Source: Felis catus
Lineage: Eukaryota
Reading direction: 5' to 3'
Length of the DNA stretch: 64,000 nt
Assembly: GCF_018350175.1 (NCBI RefSeq)
Contig: NC_058368.1
Span: 191,768,001-191,832,000, forward strand
Part shown: one piece after another, positions 37,121-48,490 of the stretch
How the letters are laid out: every line of letters begins with the position of its first letter
How positions within the stretch are numbered: the first letter of the stretch is position 1
Position numbers and translations under genes: made by a program
Notes under the pieces: model-generated
What the model saw: only the letters and a program-made list of their open reading frames with translations
What the model was told of the DNA's origin: nothing
Database searches by the model: none

Positions 37121-38334
37121 GCATGCTTTTTTGACAAAAGTGCCCAAGACACCCAATGGGGAAATGATAAACTTTCAACAATCAGTAATGAGACAATCAT
37201 GTATCAATATAGGAGGAAAATTAACCGTTAACTGACACCATTCAAAATAATTAACTTGACATAGATTGTAGAGCTAAAGACAAAAGCTAAAACTCTAAGA
37301 TTTTTTTCAAAATAAACACTGAACAAAACCTGTCCCTTTTAGGTAGGTTAAGTTTTCCTATATAAAAGATAAAGTGCCTAATCCATAAAAAGAAAAAAAC
37401 AATATTTGGGGTCTTATTAAAACTTGAAAGTTTTGTTCTTTGAAATTCACCATTAAGAAAACCCACAGACTAGGAAAACATAACTCTCTCCACATTTATC
37501 AGACAAAAGTCTTGCAGCAAGAACATGGATAGAGCTCTTCTAGTTTGACAATGTGTCCAACAACTCAATAATAGATGGGCAGAGATCTGAACAAATACTC
37601 CCAAAAGAATATAATGACACACAAAAGCCAAAGACATACAAAAAAGAAGCATTACTAACAATGAAGGAAATGCAAATTAAAATCACAAGGTAGTACCCTA
37701 TCACAATAGCTTGTATTAAAAAGTCTGACAATACCAAGTGCTGGTGAGGAGCTATTAGCAGGAATATAAAATGGTACAACCACTTTGGATATCAGTTTGG
37801 CAGTCCCTTACAAGTTAAACATCAGCCTCCTGTACAACCCAGACGTTCTATTCCTACATATTTACCTAAGACAAGTGAAAATACATTCACACAAAGCACT
37901 GTGCATAAATGTTCATAGCCAATGTATTTGTAATTGCTAAAATTAGAGAAAGCTAAAATATCTTTCATCAGATGAGAAAAAAAACTAAATGTGTTATTTC
38001 CATACACTGGAACATTTCTTAACAATAAAAAGGTAGCAAACAGTTGACCCAGGTAACAACACGAATGAATCTCAAATTTATTATTCTGCACGAAGGAATG
38101 CATATTAAAAAATAGTACACTATCATTTCATTTATATAAAATTTCATTTTTATACAATTCTAGTAACAGAAAGCAGATGAGTGGTTGCCTTCAGGTGGGA
38201 TATGAAAGGATAGATTCCAAAGGAAGAAAATTTCGGGGTGACAGAAATAGTATCTTAATGGTGGTGATATTTTATATCTGTCAAAATTAATCAAACTGTA
38301 CATTTTAAATATGTACAGTGTGCTGCATGCGATC

Positions 38335-38531
38335 TATCACTAAATAAAGTTTTGAAACATGAATAACGATGGCTAGAGATATACGGAGACCCTCACATCC
38401 CTTGCATGGGGAATAAGTATATATTTTTGTACTTATCACTAAATAAAGTTTTGAAACATGAATAACGATGGCTAGAGATATACGGAGACCCTCACATCCC
38501 TTGCATGGGGAATAAGTATATATTTTTGTAC
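38335..38531 (+). repeat. Perfect tandem duplication, 99-bp period
   Basis: 38335-38432 is identical to 38434-38531 (98 bp), separated by one T. Confidence 0.95.
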
Positions 38532-38599
38532 GCTATATAACGTTTATAAAAAGAACAAATTGATGCTTTCACAACAAAAACTTTTAAATTCTAAAATAA

Positions 38600-40140
38600 C
38601 TGTGGAACTAAATAAAACCCACATATCTCTTAGGCTATATATATAAATACTATGAAAAATCCCAGGTGAATCCTAAGACCAAAAGGAGTTATCAACTAAA
38701 AAAGAAACTTTGTACTTAAACCCAGAGCACAAATTAAAACTCTACTGAGAATACATATCTGCAAAGCCTTCATCATTAAAGAAATAATGAAAATAAAGGA
38801 AATGGAATTCATCTTTGAAAAGATAGAAAAACAAAATAACACAATCACACTAGGAAGCTGAAATTCATATGAATGAAAGGACTTGATGAAAACAAAAATT
38901 TGTAGGAAAAATAAACAAGCTGACTTCAGGAAAAAATAAATTCACATGCACACATACATAAATGATTGGGAAATAAAAGAGAAACCCCACAGGAGGCACA
39001 GGAGAGATTTAAAAAAAATTATAGCAAGAGACTTGTTATGAGCAAATATATGACAATAAATTTGAAAACCTAGGGGGAAGAAAGTAGCCAATATAAATTA
39101 CCATGGTTGACTCAAGAAATAATATATTTGACAATGTAATGTAGAGAAACTGATGTTCCATTTCAGAGTGGGAAGGATAGGATTTTTTCAAATGGCATTG
39201 GCACAATTGACTATCTTTGGGATGAAAACAAAATTGAACCCCTAACTTACATAACATAAATCTGAAGGAAAGATAGAACAGTGGGGGAAAAAAGAGAAAA
39301 TAGAAATGCTACAAAAGATATATAATAAGAAGGTGACTTTATGTACAATTTCATGGTAAAGCAGTCTCTTATCCCAGACCAGGAAATAAGGTGTTTTAAA
39401 AAAGTGTATTTAGCTATATAAAAGTTCAAATATTTACAGCAAAATATAACAAATTCCAATGCTAAGGATGAAAATTTAGTACTTCTAATATATATTTTTA
39501 AAAGTCTTTTAAACTGACTAGAAGGAAACTCCTCAAGAGGAAAATAGGTGAAGTTATGAACAGGAATTCACAGAAGGACAAATCCAAATAGCCAACAGAA
39601 TGTGGAAAAGGGCTTAAAATCAGTAGTCATCAGGAAAATATGAACAGTATGAAAATCCAACAAAAAGTTATGATTTTATAAACATCAGATTGGAAAAGAC
39701 CAATAAAACCATTGCCAGTGGGGATATGGGAAAGACAGGGTTATTCAGGCACATTTCTGGTAAAATGTGAATCGTTACTGGCTTTGTTGGAATACATTCT
39801 GCCAATAATTATTTTTTTAAAAAGTATGTATGTGTATATATATAAACACACACACACACACACACACACACACCCAGCAATTCTCCTAGGAATTTATTCC
39901 ATAAAAATGAAAGTCTCAGTATATGAAGATATATATTTTAAGGATGTTTAATGCAACGCTGTTTCTAGTGGCCAAAAAAACCCCACCAAAAACCAAAAAA
40001 AAAAAAAAGAAACCATATTGGATATAAATTTAATATCCATCAATTAGCAAAAGGCTAAGTTATAATAATTCATACCATGAAACAGTGTGCTGCCATGGTA
40101 AATTATCAATTAGAACTTCAACAAAAACAAAATGCAGAGA
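38600..40140 (+). mobile_element. Degraded L1ME fragments
   Basis: aataaatttgaaaaccta, aaatggcattggcacaattg, cccagcaattctcctaggaatttattc. Confidence 0.65.
39846..39873 (+). repeat. (CA)n microsatellite
   Basis: About 14 units. Confidence 0.95.
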
Positions 40141-40144
40141 AGTA

Positions 40145-40630
40145 TGTCTATCAGTTAAGAATGCATTTGACTACATACAAGGGAAAACCTGATGATCATG
40201 GCTTAAACAAATAGTGGTTTAAGAAATCCAGAGGCCAGCAGCTACTGGTTCTAATACAGCCACTCAAGTGTCATCAGGTACCCAGCCTCCTTTCTATCAT
40301 GTCAACACTAATATTCTGCTTTTTGTCCTCCTACTAGTCCCATCATAATCCAAACTTGGAATTGTCATTTCAAGCAACATTTCCACTTCCCAAGAAGAAT
40401 GAAGGGAGAAGAATTAAAACTAGCAAAACTAAATTTATCCTATTTATTAGGAACTAAAACTCTTCTAGACATCTTGCAACAGATTTTTCCTTGAGTATAG
40501 CGGACTAATACTAAGCTCTTGCCCTCCCCAGCCCCAGAGCCCTCTCCATTTCCAAGAGCAAGGACATCTGCTGTGAATTCAAAATGTAAGCATTGTAGCC
40601 TCCATTAGTACAGAAAGGACCAGGAAATGG
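40145..40630 (-). mobile_element. MLT1J/K-type MaLR LTR
   Basis: atcagttaagaatgcatttgact...tggcttaaacaaatag...aagaaatccagagg. Confidence 0.65.
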
Positions 40631-42939
40631 TGTTTTATAATTTGCAAATCTTACAAAAATATATTATATTTTTGTAAACCAATGACAAAAGCTCTATGTG
40701 AATATTCCTATGTGTGTTTGTCTATGATGATACAAGCATGAAGAAAAATACACACACTTAGCTTTTAAGTGGGTTTCGAGACAGGTCATATGGAAAAGCC
40801 TTAAAGAGAGAGAGGAGAATCTAAAAAACATTATTAACTATACTGTGACATATGTGTGCATTTAAATAATATATGTATTAGTAATTTTTCAATGTTCCAA
40901 GAATATCATTAGGTTAAAAATAGAAATTTCTATCACAGTACACATAATGAGGCACCATTTTTCTTTGTTAAAAAAATACCTAAGTTTGTGCCTAGAAAAA
41001 TAATAGTACCCACTGTTCATTGAGTTCTTATGTCGTTCCACATACATGTATACAAGCGATAGACACCTTTCAATCCTAACAGTGCTAAAAGATAAGTAAT
41101 GTTATTCCCACTTTAGAGTTGCAGAAACTAAGCCTTGGAGGAGTTCAGTGGCCTTCCCACTGTCACCCAGTAGGTGCACGTAAGAACACAGGTAACAGTG
41201 CTGACCCCTGGGGGTGGCATAAGGGTGGGTGAGGGAGAGGGCAACAGAAGGCTTATTCGATTCCTTCTATTTACCTCAGAATATTTTCACCATTTTATGA
41301 TGAGTCCGTGTTTGAAAAACAAGTTCAGATTTTTTGTTTAATTTGACCTACACCTCACCATAAAAGTGAAGAATTTTACTTTCCTTTTCTGTCCCCTTCT
41401 GATATTTAAATTTATTTCCCCTACTTATTTCTCTACATCATTTTTTCTTTACCTTTATTTTGGCCTCTTAACATTGTTCAGTCTCTTCAGTTTTTCTCTC
41501 TCATCTTCAAAGTAAGATAAATTATATCCCCTACCCCTCACACATACGCACAAATCTGAGGGAGAACAGAAACCAAGCTCTCTTGTCAAGCTTACAGAGG
41601 ATTACACATGTCAGAGAAATGCATTTTGATGTGAAACAGATCTGAATGCAAAGTTCTAGAGAACTGGACCATCAAACATTATTTGAGGAGGGCAATCAGA
41701 CAATATGCCTGCGGTGCCATCAGTCAGAATTTATTGTCATACATGTTTAAAAGGAAACAAAACTAAGATAGAGAATGTGGATACCTTCAAAGACCCTGTA
41801 TTAAACAGGGATTGGAATGCTGCACTCCAGTGTCAAATCCCACAGCAGTAGGAGAAAAATTTGGACTCAGAGAGAGAAAATCTCTTCAGCCTCTTAAGTC
41901 ACTAGATCCCTGCCTCCGCTTAGCTCCTGACTTTGAGCATGTTCCAAGCTCCAGTTGGAAATGGTGATAGGGAGTGGATTAGGCACAGTTGGGCTTTTAC
42001 GCTTAAACCTTGAGCATTAACGGTTCAGCAAAGCAAGGTTTTCCCATTAGAGCTACCGTACTTCGAAGTCCAACTATTGATAAGCTCCTAAAGTTTAATG
42101 CATCTGTAAGAAATATGCATGTGTGCTGGCCACAAACTAGAGCACACATCTTAAAGTAGAATCAAGAGTCTAGGAAAACAGCCAAGTTGAGACTGCCTTG
42201 GCTAGACAAATAGTATTTCTCATATGTTGCTGGGCTTAACAGAATAAAAGTTTTCCCAACACCAACTTATCAAATATAGTAACAATGAGACATTTAAGGG
42301 AAGGAAGAGAGATCCTTTCAATTACCTATTTTTTTAAAAGACTCCACAAAAACAAATAAACAAAAAAGCAACGTTAATATCCTCCATTGTAGGAGAAACA
42401 ATTTCTACAAAGCATTTTCACAAAGTCTGATCATTGAACTTCAAACTCATTATTTTTGTCATAATAAATATATACAGACCTACTTATCCAAGTGGACTCT
42501 GTTTCAAAAGTCTTGTTATAACATCTTCCAAGATGGTGAGTGAGGTTTTACCCTAGATTACATCATCTACAATCATATATTTTATCTGGAAGTTTACCTG
42601 GATCTTCAAAAGACCATGGGAAGTGAGACAGACGAAAGTGGTAACACTCCATGAAATAATTATCAAAATTATGCTTGATTAGTTTAAGGGGAAATCGACC
42701 AGGATTCTCCTAAAGGCTAACATTTCTCCATTGTTAGTAAATTACTCCTGGTAATTCTATTGTAGATTCCCTCAGAGAGTCATGACTCTGGAGCAAGGGA
42801 GAGGGAGGGATTGAACATAGTGAGACGACAGTTGAATGGAATAAGGCAAAGGTAAGTGTAACAAGCATGTTCTGAAAACAGGTGATGAGAAATGTCCTTC
42901 CTTTTTGGAAGAAAATAATAATAGTAATAGCTACCAATC

Positions 42940-43140
42940 CTTAAGCACCCATCATGGGCCCATCCCTATGTCATGCTTTCTTTGTAACACTCACATGAAC
43001 AACTTCTATTGCTTCCATTTTGAATATGAGAAAACTGGTCTGGAAAAACAAACTTGTTTTGGGTCACACAACTAGAAAGTAGCAGTGGTAAAATGGAATC
43101 TCTCTTCTGTCTGATTCTGAAGTCCTCACTTTTAATCACA
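42940..43140 (-). mobile_element. MIR
   Basis: ccattttgaatatgagaaaactgg...ggtcacacaactagaaagtagcag. Confidence 0.7.
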
Positions 43141-43430
43141 TAAGAGAAAGAGATGCTGCTTAATAAATGTATAAAGATGAACACAATAGCAAGCTTGTAA
43201 AAGGTATGTGCATGAGTAACAAGAGAGGGGAGAGATGAGGAATGGGAAGGAAGGGGAAGAAGGGAAGACAAGGGAAGAGAAAAACAGGGCTTAACTGCAT
43301 GGTGATAGGAAGTCAATCAGGCATGATGGAGACTATGTTAATTTTCAAGCTAAGATATCCCTACTTGTGTCCCTCAGTTGTTGAACTATTTCAGAATCCT
43401 CTTTCTACCTGTACCATATATATCATTTAT

Positions 43431-43431
<1 letters not shown>

Positions 43432-43471
<40 letters not shown>
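43432..43471 (+). repeat. (GT)20 microsatellite
   Basis: Pure uninterrupted run. Confidence 0.97.
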
Positions 43472-43474
<3 letters not shown>

Positions 43475-43849
43475 GCCATATATTTATCTGTCTCCACAGA
43501 TAATTCAAAAACTTTGCTAATGAAAAGAAACAAGGAAAAGGAGCCTAGATGTGAGGTTCAAGTTCCGGCATATTCAAATTTGGATGGATTTTGACTTGTT
43601 AATTAAACGTACCTGGGGAATACATCTCCAGAACCCAGACCAAAGTCTGTACAATTATGATCGTTTACAACTCCAGTTTTATTATGACCCACTCTATTAA
43701 TTCTCTTCCAAGTAAACATGGCACTAAGCCACCATAGTCTGCCCATTCAATTCTCAGCACCCCATCAAGAGTGTGAAAGAGAAACTGTGTCCAGAGGATC
43801 TGGCAATTTAAAATCTGTGAAACCAAGACTTTCTGCAACATAATCTCTA

Positions 43850-44290
43850 TATCAGTTGGGTCTTTATCTATAAACAACAGAACTGGTTCGGCCTGTATTA
43901 AGCAAAATAGCTTTATTGAGGCTATAGGATTACTCAACGAATTAAAAGAACTACTCCAAAGCCAATCTTAGAAGAAAAGAGGAAGCAGGATTCAATAGGC
44001 AGGATCTCATCAACAGTCACAATGACAAAACTACAAAGAATCATCTCCCATCATCTTTTCAGTGTTTCACCATTGAATTCAATATTTAAAGTCCCCAAAG
44101 TGAGAACCAAGTTGGTCTTGTTTGGATCACACGGAGCCTTTGGCTAGGGAAGAGCAGGGCAATTTAATTGACAATTCCACCAAGAATCTACACAAAGGGG
44201 AAGAAACAATCACTGAAAAGAAAGCTAGAGAGAAAGTTTCCAAAAATGGAGAGGTGGGAAATGGATGCTGCGCAGAAGAAAAAATCCACT
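43850..44290 (-). mobile_element. Old MLT1 (K/L-type) LTR
   Basis: atcagttgggtcttt...aacaacagaac...ttggtcttgtttggatcac...gggaaatggatgctg. Confidence 0.55.
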
Positions 44291-45092
44291 ACGGCATCTC
44301 AGGGCTTTGATTTCCCTCAGGTTACTTCTATTGTTTATTGGTTTGAGCTGGATTCTTTCATTCATATTGTCTCTTTTTCTATCTGAGAAGACAGGAAGGG
44401 AGGGAGAAAGGAAGAAGAAAAGAACTTTCAGAAAGAAGGATGGCTTTCAAAAGTATTCAGGGCAACCATTCTGACTGAAAATAATGAGCTTGTAACACAG
44501 GCAGTTTTAAAAGACTTCTGAAATGTTAAAGCAATAACAGAAATGTTTGTTTGGGCAACTTAAAACAGCTGTCTCCTAAGAGGACCGATTTTGATGAATG
44601 TAGGGCCCTTTATTCAGCTGACACCTTGATATGCAAATCTGGGAGGAGAGACAGAGAGCAGGGAGTGTGTAATAGAAGAGAAGGTGGAGTGCAGTGAGAT
44701 GAGAATGTGGAATTGGAATTCAGAAAGTACGTCCAGTTAATTACAAATCCTAGACTGCAAGGGGCATGGAAACTGAGACTGCTGCTTTGGGAAAGCCATT
44801 TATGGTTTCTGTACTATGATCAAGCAGATACAGGTGATCAACAAAGCAAATCAAGATTAAAAAGCAAAATAGTAGGGCATACATGTAGAGAGTAATCTAT
44901 GTGGAACTAGAGCGTGAACAAGATTAACCAAATATCTGTCATGGTATCTGATGGCCTTTCAAGTCCACTTTATGTCCTTCCTAAAGAATGGATAGATTTC
45001 TAGGTCTTGGGCTCAAAGACATACCCCTCATTTCTTATAATAAATATCTCTCAAAGATGAGCCAGATGGATTGATTTCTGGCTTACTGATAT

Positions 45093-45640
45093 TATGATAG
45101 GAGAAGATAGGATGCAGTAGGCAGAGAGGGAAAGATTAGGGCCTGAGGTCCATCGGTGGGGAAAAACCTATTTTGGAACAATGCTGGGAGTGTCTGACCA
45201 CAGCAAACCCCCGCAGGTGTAAGGTTTCTGTTAAGAATGTAACAGACCCCATCTACTCCCCCTCTGGTTTCCCCTCAGAAATTTGACAAAGGACCTAAGG
45301 ACAGCCATTGACCACCCCTCATACAATGGAAATGAGCCAATCAGTAATGGACAACCCAGCACCTAGAACTATCAACCCAATAAGGGTAGAACCTAGAAGG
45401 AACAAGGAGGAAGGGAAGGAGGAGGACTGACCAGAACCTTATAAAGAAGGACCCTTGCCTATAGTCCTCGGGCATCCACTTTCGAGTGTCCCCTCTCTGT
45501 AAAGAGAGCTTTCCTACTATCTTTCATTTCTAATCTTGCATTCTAACAAACTTTTGCCTGCTGCTCATTTTGTGTCCACCTCTTCATTCTTTGAAGCAGT
45601 GAGACAATGAATCCCAGGTCTTGTAAAAAATCCTGCAACA
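45093..45640 (+). mobile_element. Carnivore ERV1-type solo LTR (CarLTR-like)
   Basis: Ends TCCTGCAACA. 4-bp TSD ATAT at 45089-45092 and 45641-45644. CCAAT at 45337 and 45377, TATAAA at 45440. Confidence 0.85.
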
Positions 45641-46524
45641 ATATCAAAACAATTCCAGAATAAGACAGGTACCTTAATTAACCTTAGGAAGAAAGTTCAG
45701 GGCCTGCCCCCGAAAGTTCAATGAGGAATGCCAACAAAGTATAGCCTGGAAGCCAAGAGGGAGCATTAGAAAAAAGGAGGGAACCCTGCCATGGAAGCTT
45801 CAGCATCAGAAATCGTGGGGATAGAGATGCAGGCAGTGAAGTGTCAGTCCAGACCTATTTGGCAACTCAGGAAAATAACAATTATAAGCAGAGATAAACT
45901 TGCAGCTCTGATGGGCATTCCATTGCTAGTCTCACAGCCTGTGTTAGGTGAATCTTAACTTTCCTACCAGCCTCCCTCAAAGGGTGAGAGACCTAAGTGA
46001 TGAGAACAGTCATCATGACTTTTCACAGCTTATGAGTGGTGAGCGATTACTGTGATTAACAAGGACACTGGGTCCATTTGCATGATGAACTTGCAATTTT
46101 GGGCAGAGAGGAATTATGGTGATTAGCTATTCAGAGTGATTAAAAGTTCACCGGGTAAGGCAAAACCTCAACTGATGAGGGAAAAGTGACAGAGAGGAGC
46201 ATGCCTGTTTCAAGGGAGGGAGGGTGGATGCTGATACAGAGCCACTAATATGAGGACCAGGGGATAGACATCAATTGTCATTAACTTGGTTGCATTTACA
46301 ATGACCCATAATACACAGAGTTTTTCTTATAAAGAAAAAGGAGGAGCAAAAAAAATAATTAACAAAAGAACATGGTCATGATTGGGGGAGGAGGGACTGA
46401 AATCTTCTTTATCCCGAGAAAATAGGTTTAACTTTAAAACATTTCCATTAACTCTACCTTGGTCAGATTCAAGGATGGTTGAATCTAAAAATACAGATGT
46501 GTAGAAACAGTGTAGAGAAGACCT

Positions 46525-46715
46525 AGCACAGTGGTTAAAACTTGGACTCTGGGGCAGATAAGTCAAGGTTAATCATGTTATTTTACTTACCACCTGTGAC
46601 CTTATGAGGTTCACTCCAAGAAACTCTCACCACTGAGCTGCTGAAGGCTTCAATGAGAAAACACTAAGAAAGTATTTAGAAATGTGCCTAGCACATCACA
46701 CTCAAGAAATATTAT
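46525..46715 (+). mobile_element. MIR
   Basis: gcacagtggttaaaacttggactctgg...aagtatttagaaatgtgcctagcaca. Confidence 0.7.
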
Positions 46716-47369
46716 TATCAATAACAACAAAATGATCTTGAAAACATTTTGTCCTTGTAGTTTCAAGGAATTAACCTACTTTCATGCGCCCTAGTGAAGT
46801 CACTACCATTTGGGCACACTTGTCAAATTTATACTTGATACAATACTGGCGAAAATGTTCTATGAAATGGATGACAGAACTGAAATTCCAAATGTTCTCA
46901 CCTAGCTGAGATGATAAGCCAACTCTGACATAATGAAATTGAATTCTGTAACCTATTCTAAATCAGGCATCATATTGATTACTGGACATAAAAAGATGAT
47001 AAAAAGTTGTCCCTGATCCCAATAAGCTCCAAGTATAGTTAGAGAGAAAGACACATACATCAACAAAGGTGATTTTCTTATATAAGCATAGTTGTAAGGC
47101 CATATCCAGAGGAAGGGTGTGTAATCCTCCATAGGATGGGAGGGAAGAAGAAACTGAGGGGGCATCATCTCCCCTGAATTTCAGGCAGAGGAAACACAAT
47201 GAACAAATAATGAAACATTAAATGGCATGGCATAGTTGAGAGGCTACAATAAAAAGAGAGAAATCAGGAAAGGAAGGAGAAAAGAATGGGGAAATATAAG
47301 CTGGACAGACCTCAAGTGCTATGTTTAAGAGATGGAGTCTGTCTTGAATGGAGCCAGGGAGGAGTTACT

Positions 47370-47877
47370 AGCTTATTCATGAAACATTAGGCACTTACTA
47401 TGTGCAAGACCTTTTTCTAGGCACTGAGAACATAGTGTGTAGCAGACAAAAGCCCCGTCTCCTGGGTCTTTTTTTTTTTTTTTATGGAAAAAGGAAATAC
47501 ACAATAAGCATGTAAAGAAATAAGACATTTTTATTTTCAGGTAGTAGTAAGTGTTATCAGGTACACTACAAAAAATGTATAGTAAGGTAATGGAATAGTG
47601 ATGAAGATACTCATGCTACTGAGGCCCAAGTGGTCTAGGAGTAAGCACTTCTCTGAAGAGGTTGTCATTTGAACACTAAATAAGAAGAGGAACCAAGTCA
47701 GGGAAAGATTTGGTGGCACAATAGTCCAAGGTACAGAAAAGACAAATTCAACAACTCACTATTTAAGAGAGAAAAAGAAGCCATTGAGTTTGGAGCATGA
47801 GAAAAAAAGGAAAAAAAAGGAAAAGAAAAAAAGGAAAAAGGAGATATAACTAGAGAAGAAATTAGGAGCTAGATATC
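47370..47877 (-). mobile_element. L2, left part (resumes at about 51362-51580)
   Basis: gcacttactatgtgcaagacc...ctaggcactgagaacatag...cttctctgaagaggttgtcatttgaac. Confidence 0.8.
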
Positions 47878-48490
47878 AGTGGGCAGGAGCTGTCCATGGA
47901 AACCATAGCACTAGCCACCTCTGTGGGCATTTCTAAAACTCTGTTGGGATGGGCTTTGTTATTTGCAATGACAGAAACTCTCTCCTGTCATCAAGAGGGC
48001 ACAGGCCAGGACTGCTGGGCTTTCTGTACCATACAAGAAAGTCCACACATCAAAGAGTTGTCATTCATTCTATCTGACTTTCTAATGTCCCACTGGAAAA
48101 TTGTTTAGAGAAAATACTACTTATAATTTTCTAAGCCTAGAACCTAAATCCATTTTATATCATGACACAACTTGCTTAAATGAAGATTTAATAACTCCTA
48201 AACTTTCTAGAAACACAAATACCTTAAAAATTGAGGGAACAGTGTATTTTATTTGTCCTGAACATTACCAAGAACATTTCAGGATATAATGTCACCAAGA
48301 GCAATGCTGCTTGAAGCATTTGAATCTCTAGTCAAAACACATATGTGTATCAATCTGCATTTGTCACTCACATATTCTAGGTGACTTCCCCTATAGAGGC
48401 ACGCATTTATTTTTTTTGTCTTCCACTTTAATTATGCCTATGCAGTACATATTGAAATACATATTGCATTATTTAAAAATTATTTTTCTA
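47877..48490 (+). mobile_element. MER20B-like hAT transposon, left part
   Basis: ctaagcctagaacctaaatccattttatat, attgagggaa, attaccaaga, gtatcaatctgcatttgt and acatattgaaatacatatt match the recalled MER20B consensus in order. Confidence 0.8.

Larger units (their letters stand above)
36500..38352 (+). mobile_element. Old L1MC/ME 3' portion (ORF2 end and 3'UTR), interrupted
   Basis: ttcaatgcattcccaatcaaaat...aacaaagttggaagactt...aaggaaatgcaaattaaaatcaca...atgaatctcaa...cactaaataaagt. Confidence 0.85.

Noticed and set aside
38335..38531. Direct repeat considered as a CRISPR-like array or an L1 TSD
   Set aside because: Only two abutting copies with no spacers in mammalian DNA, and far too long for a TSD.
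42767..42857. Plus-strand exon-like segment with AAG|GTAAGT and a 14-bp palindrome AGAGTCATGACTCT
   Set aside because: The acceptor is weak, and a 14-bp palindrome is expected by chance in 64 kb.
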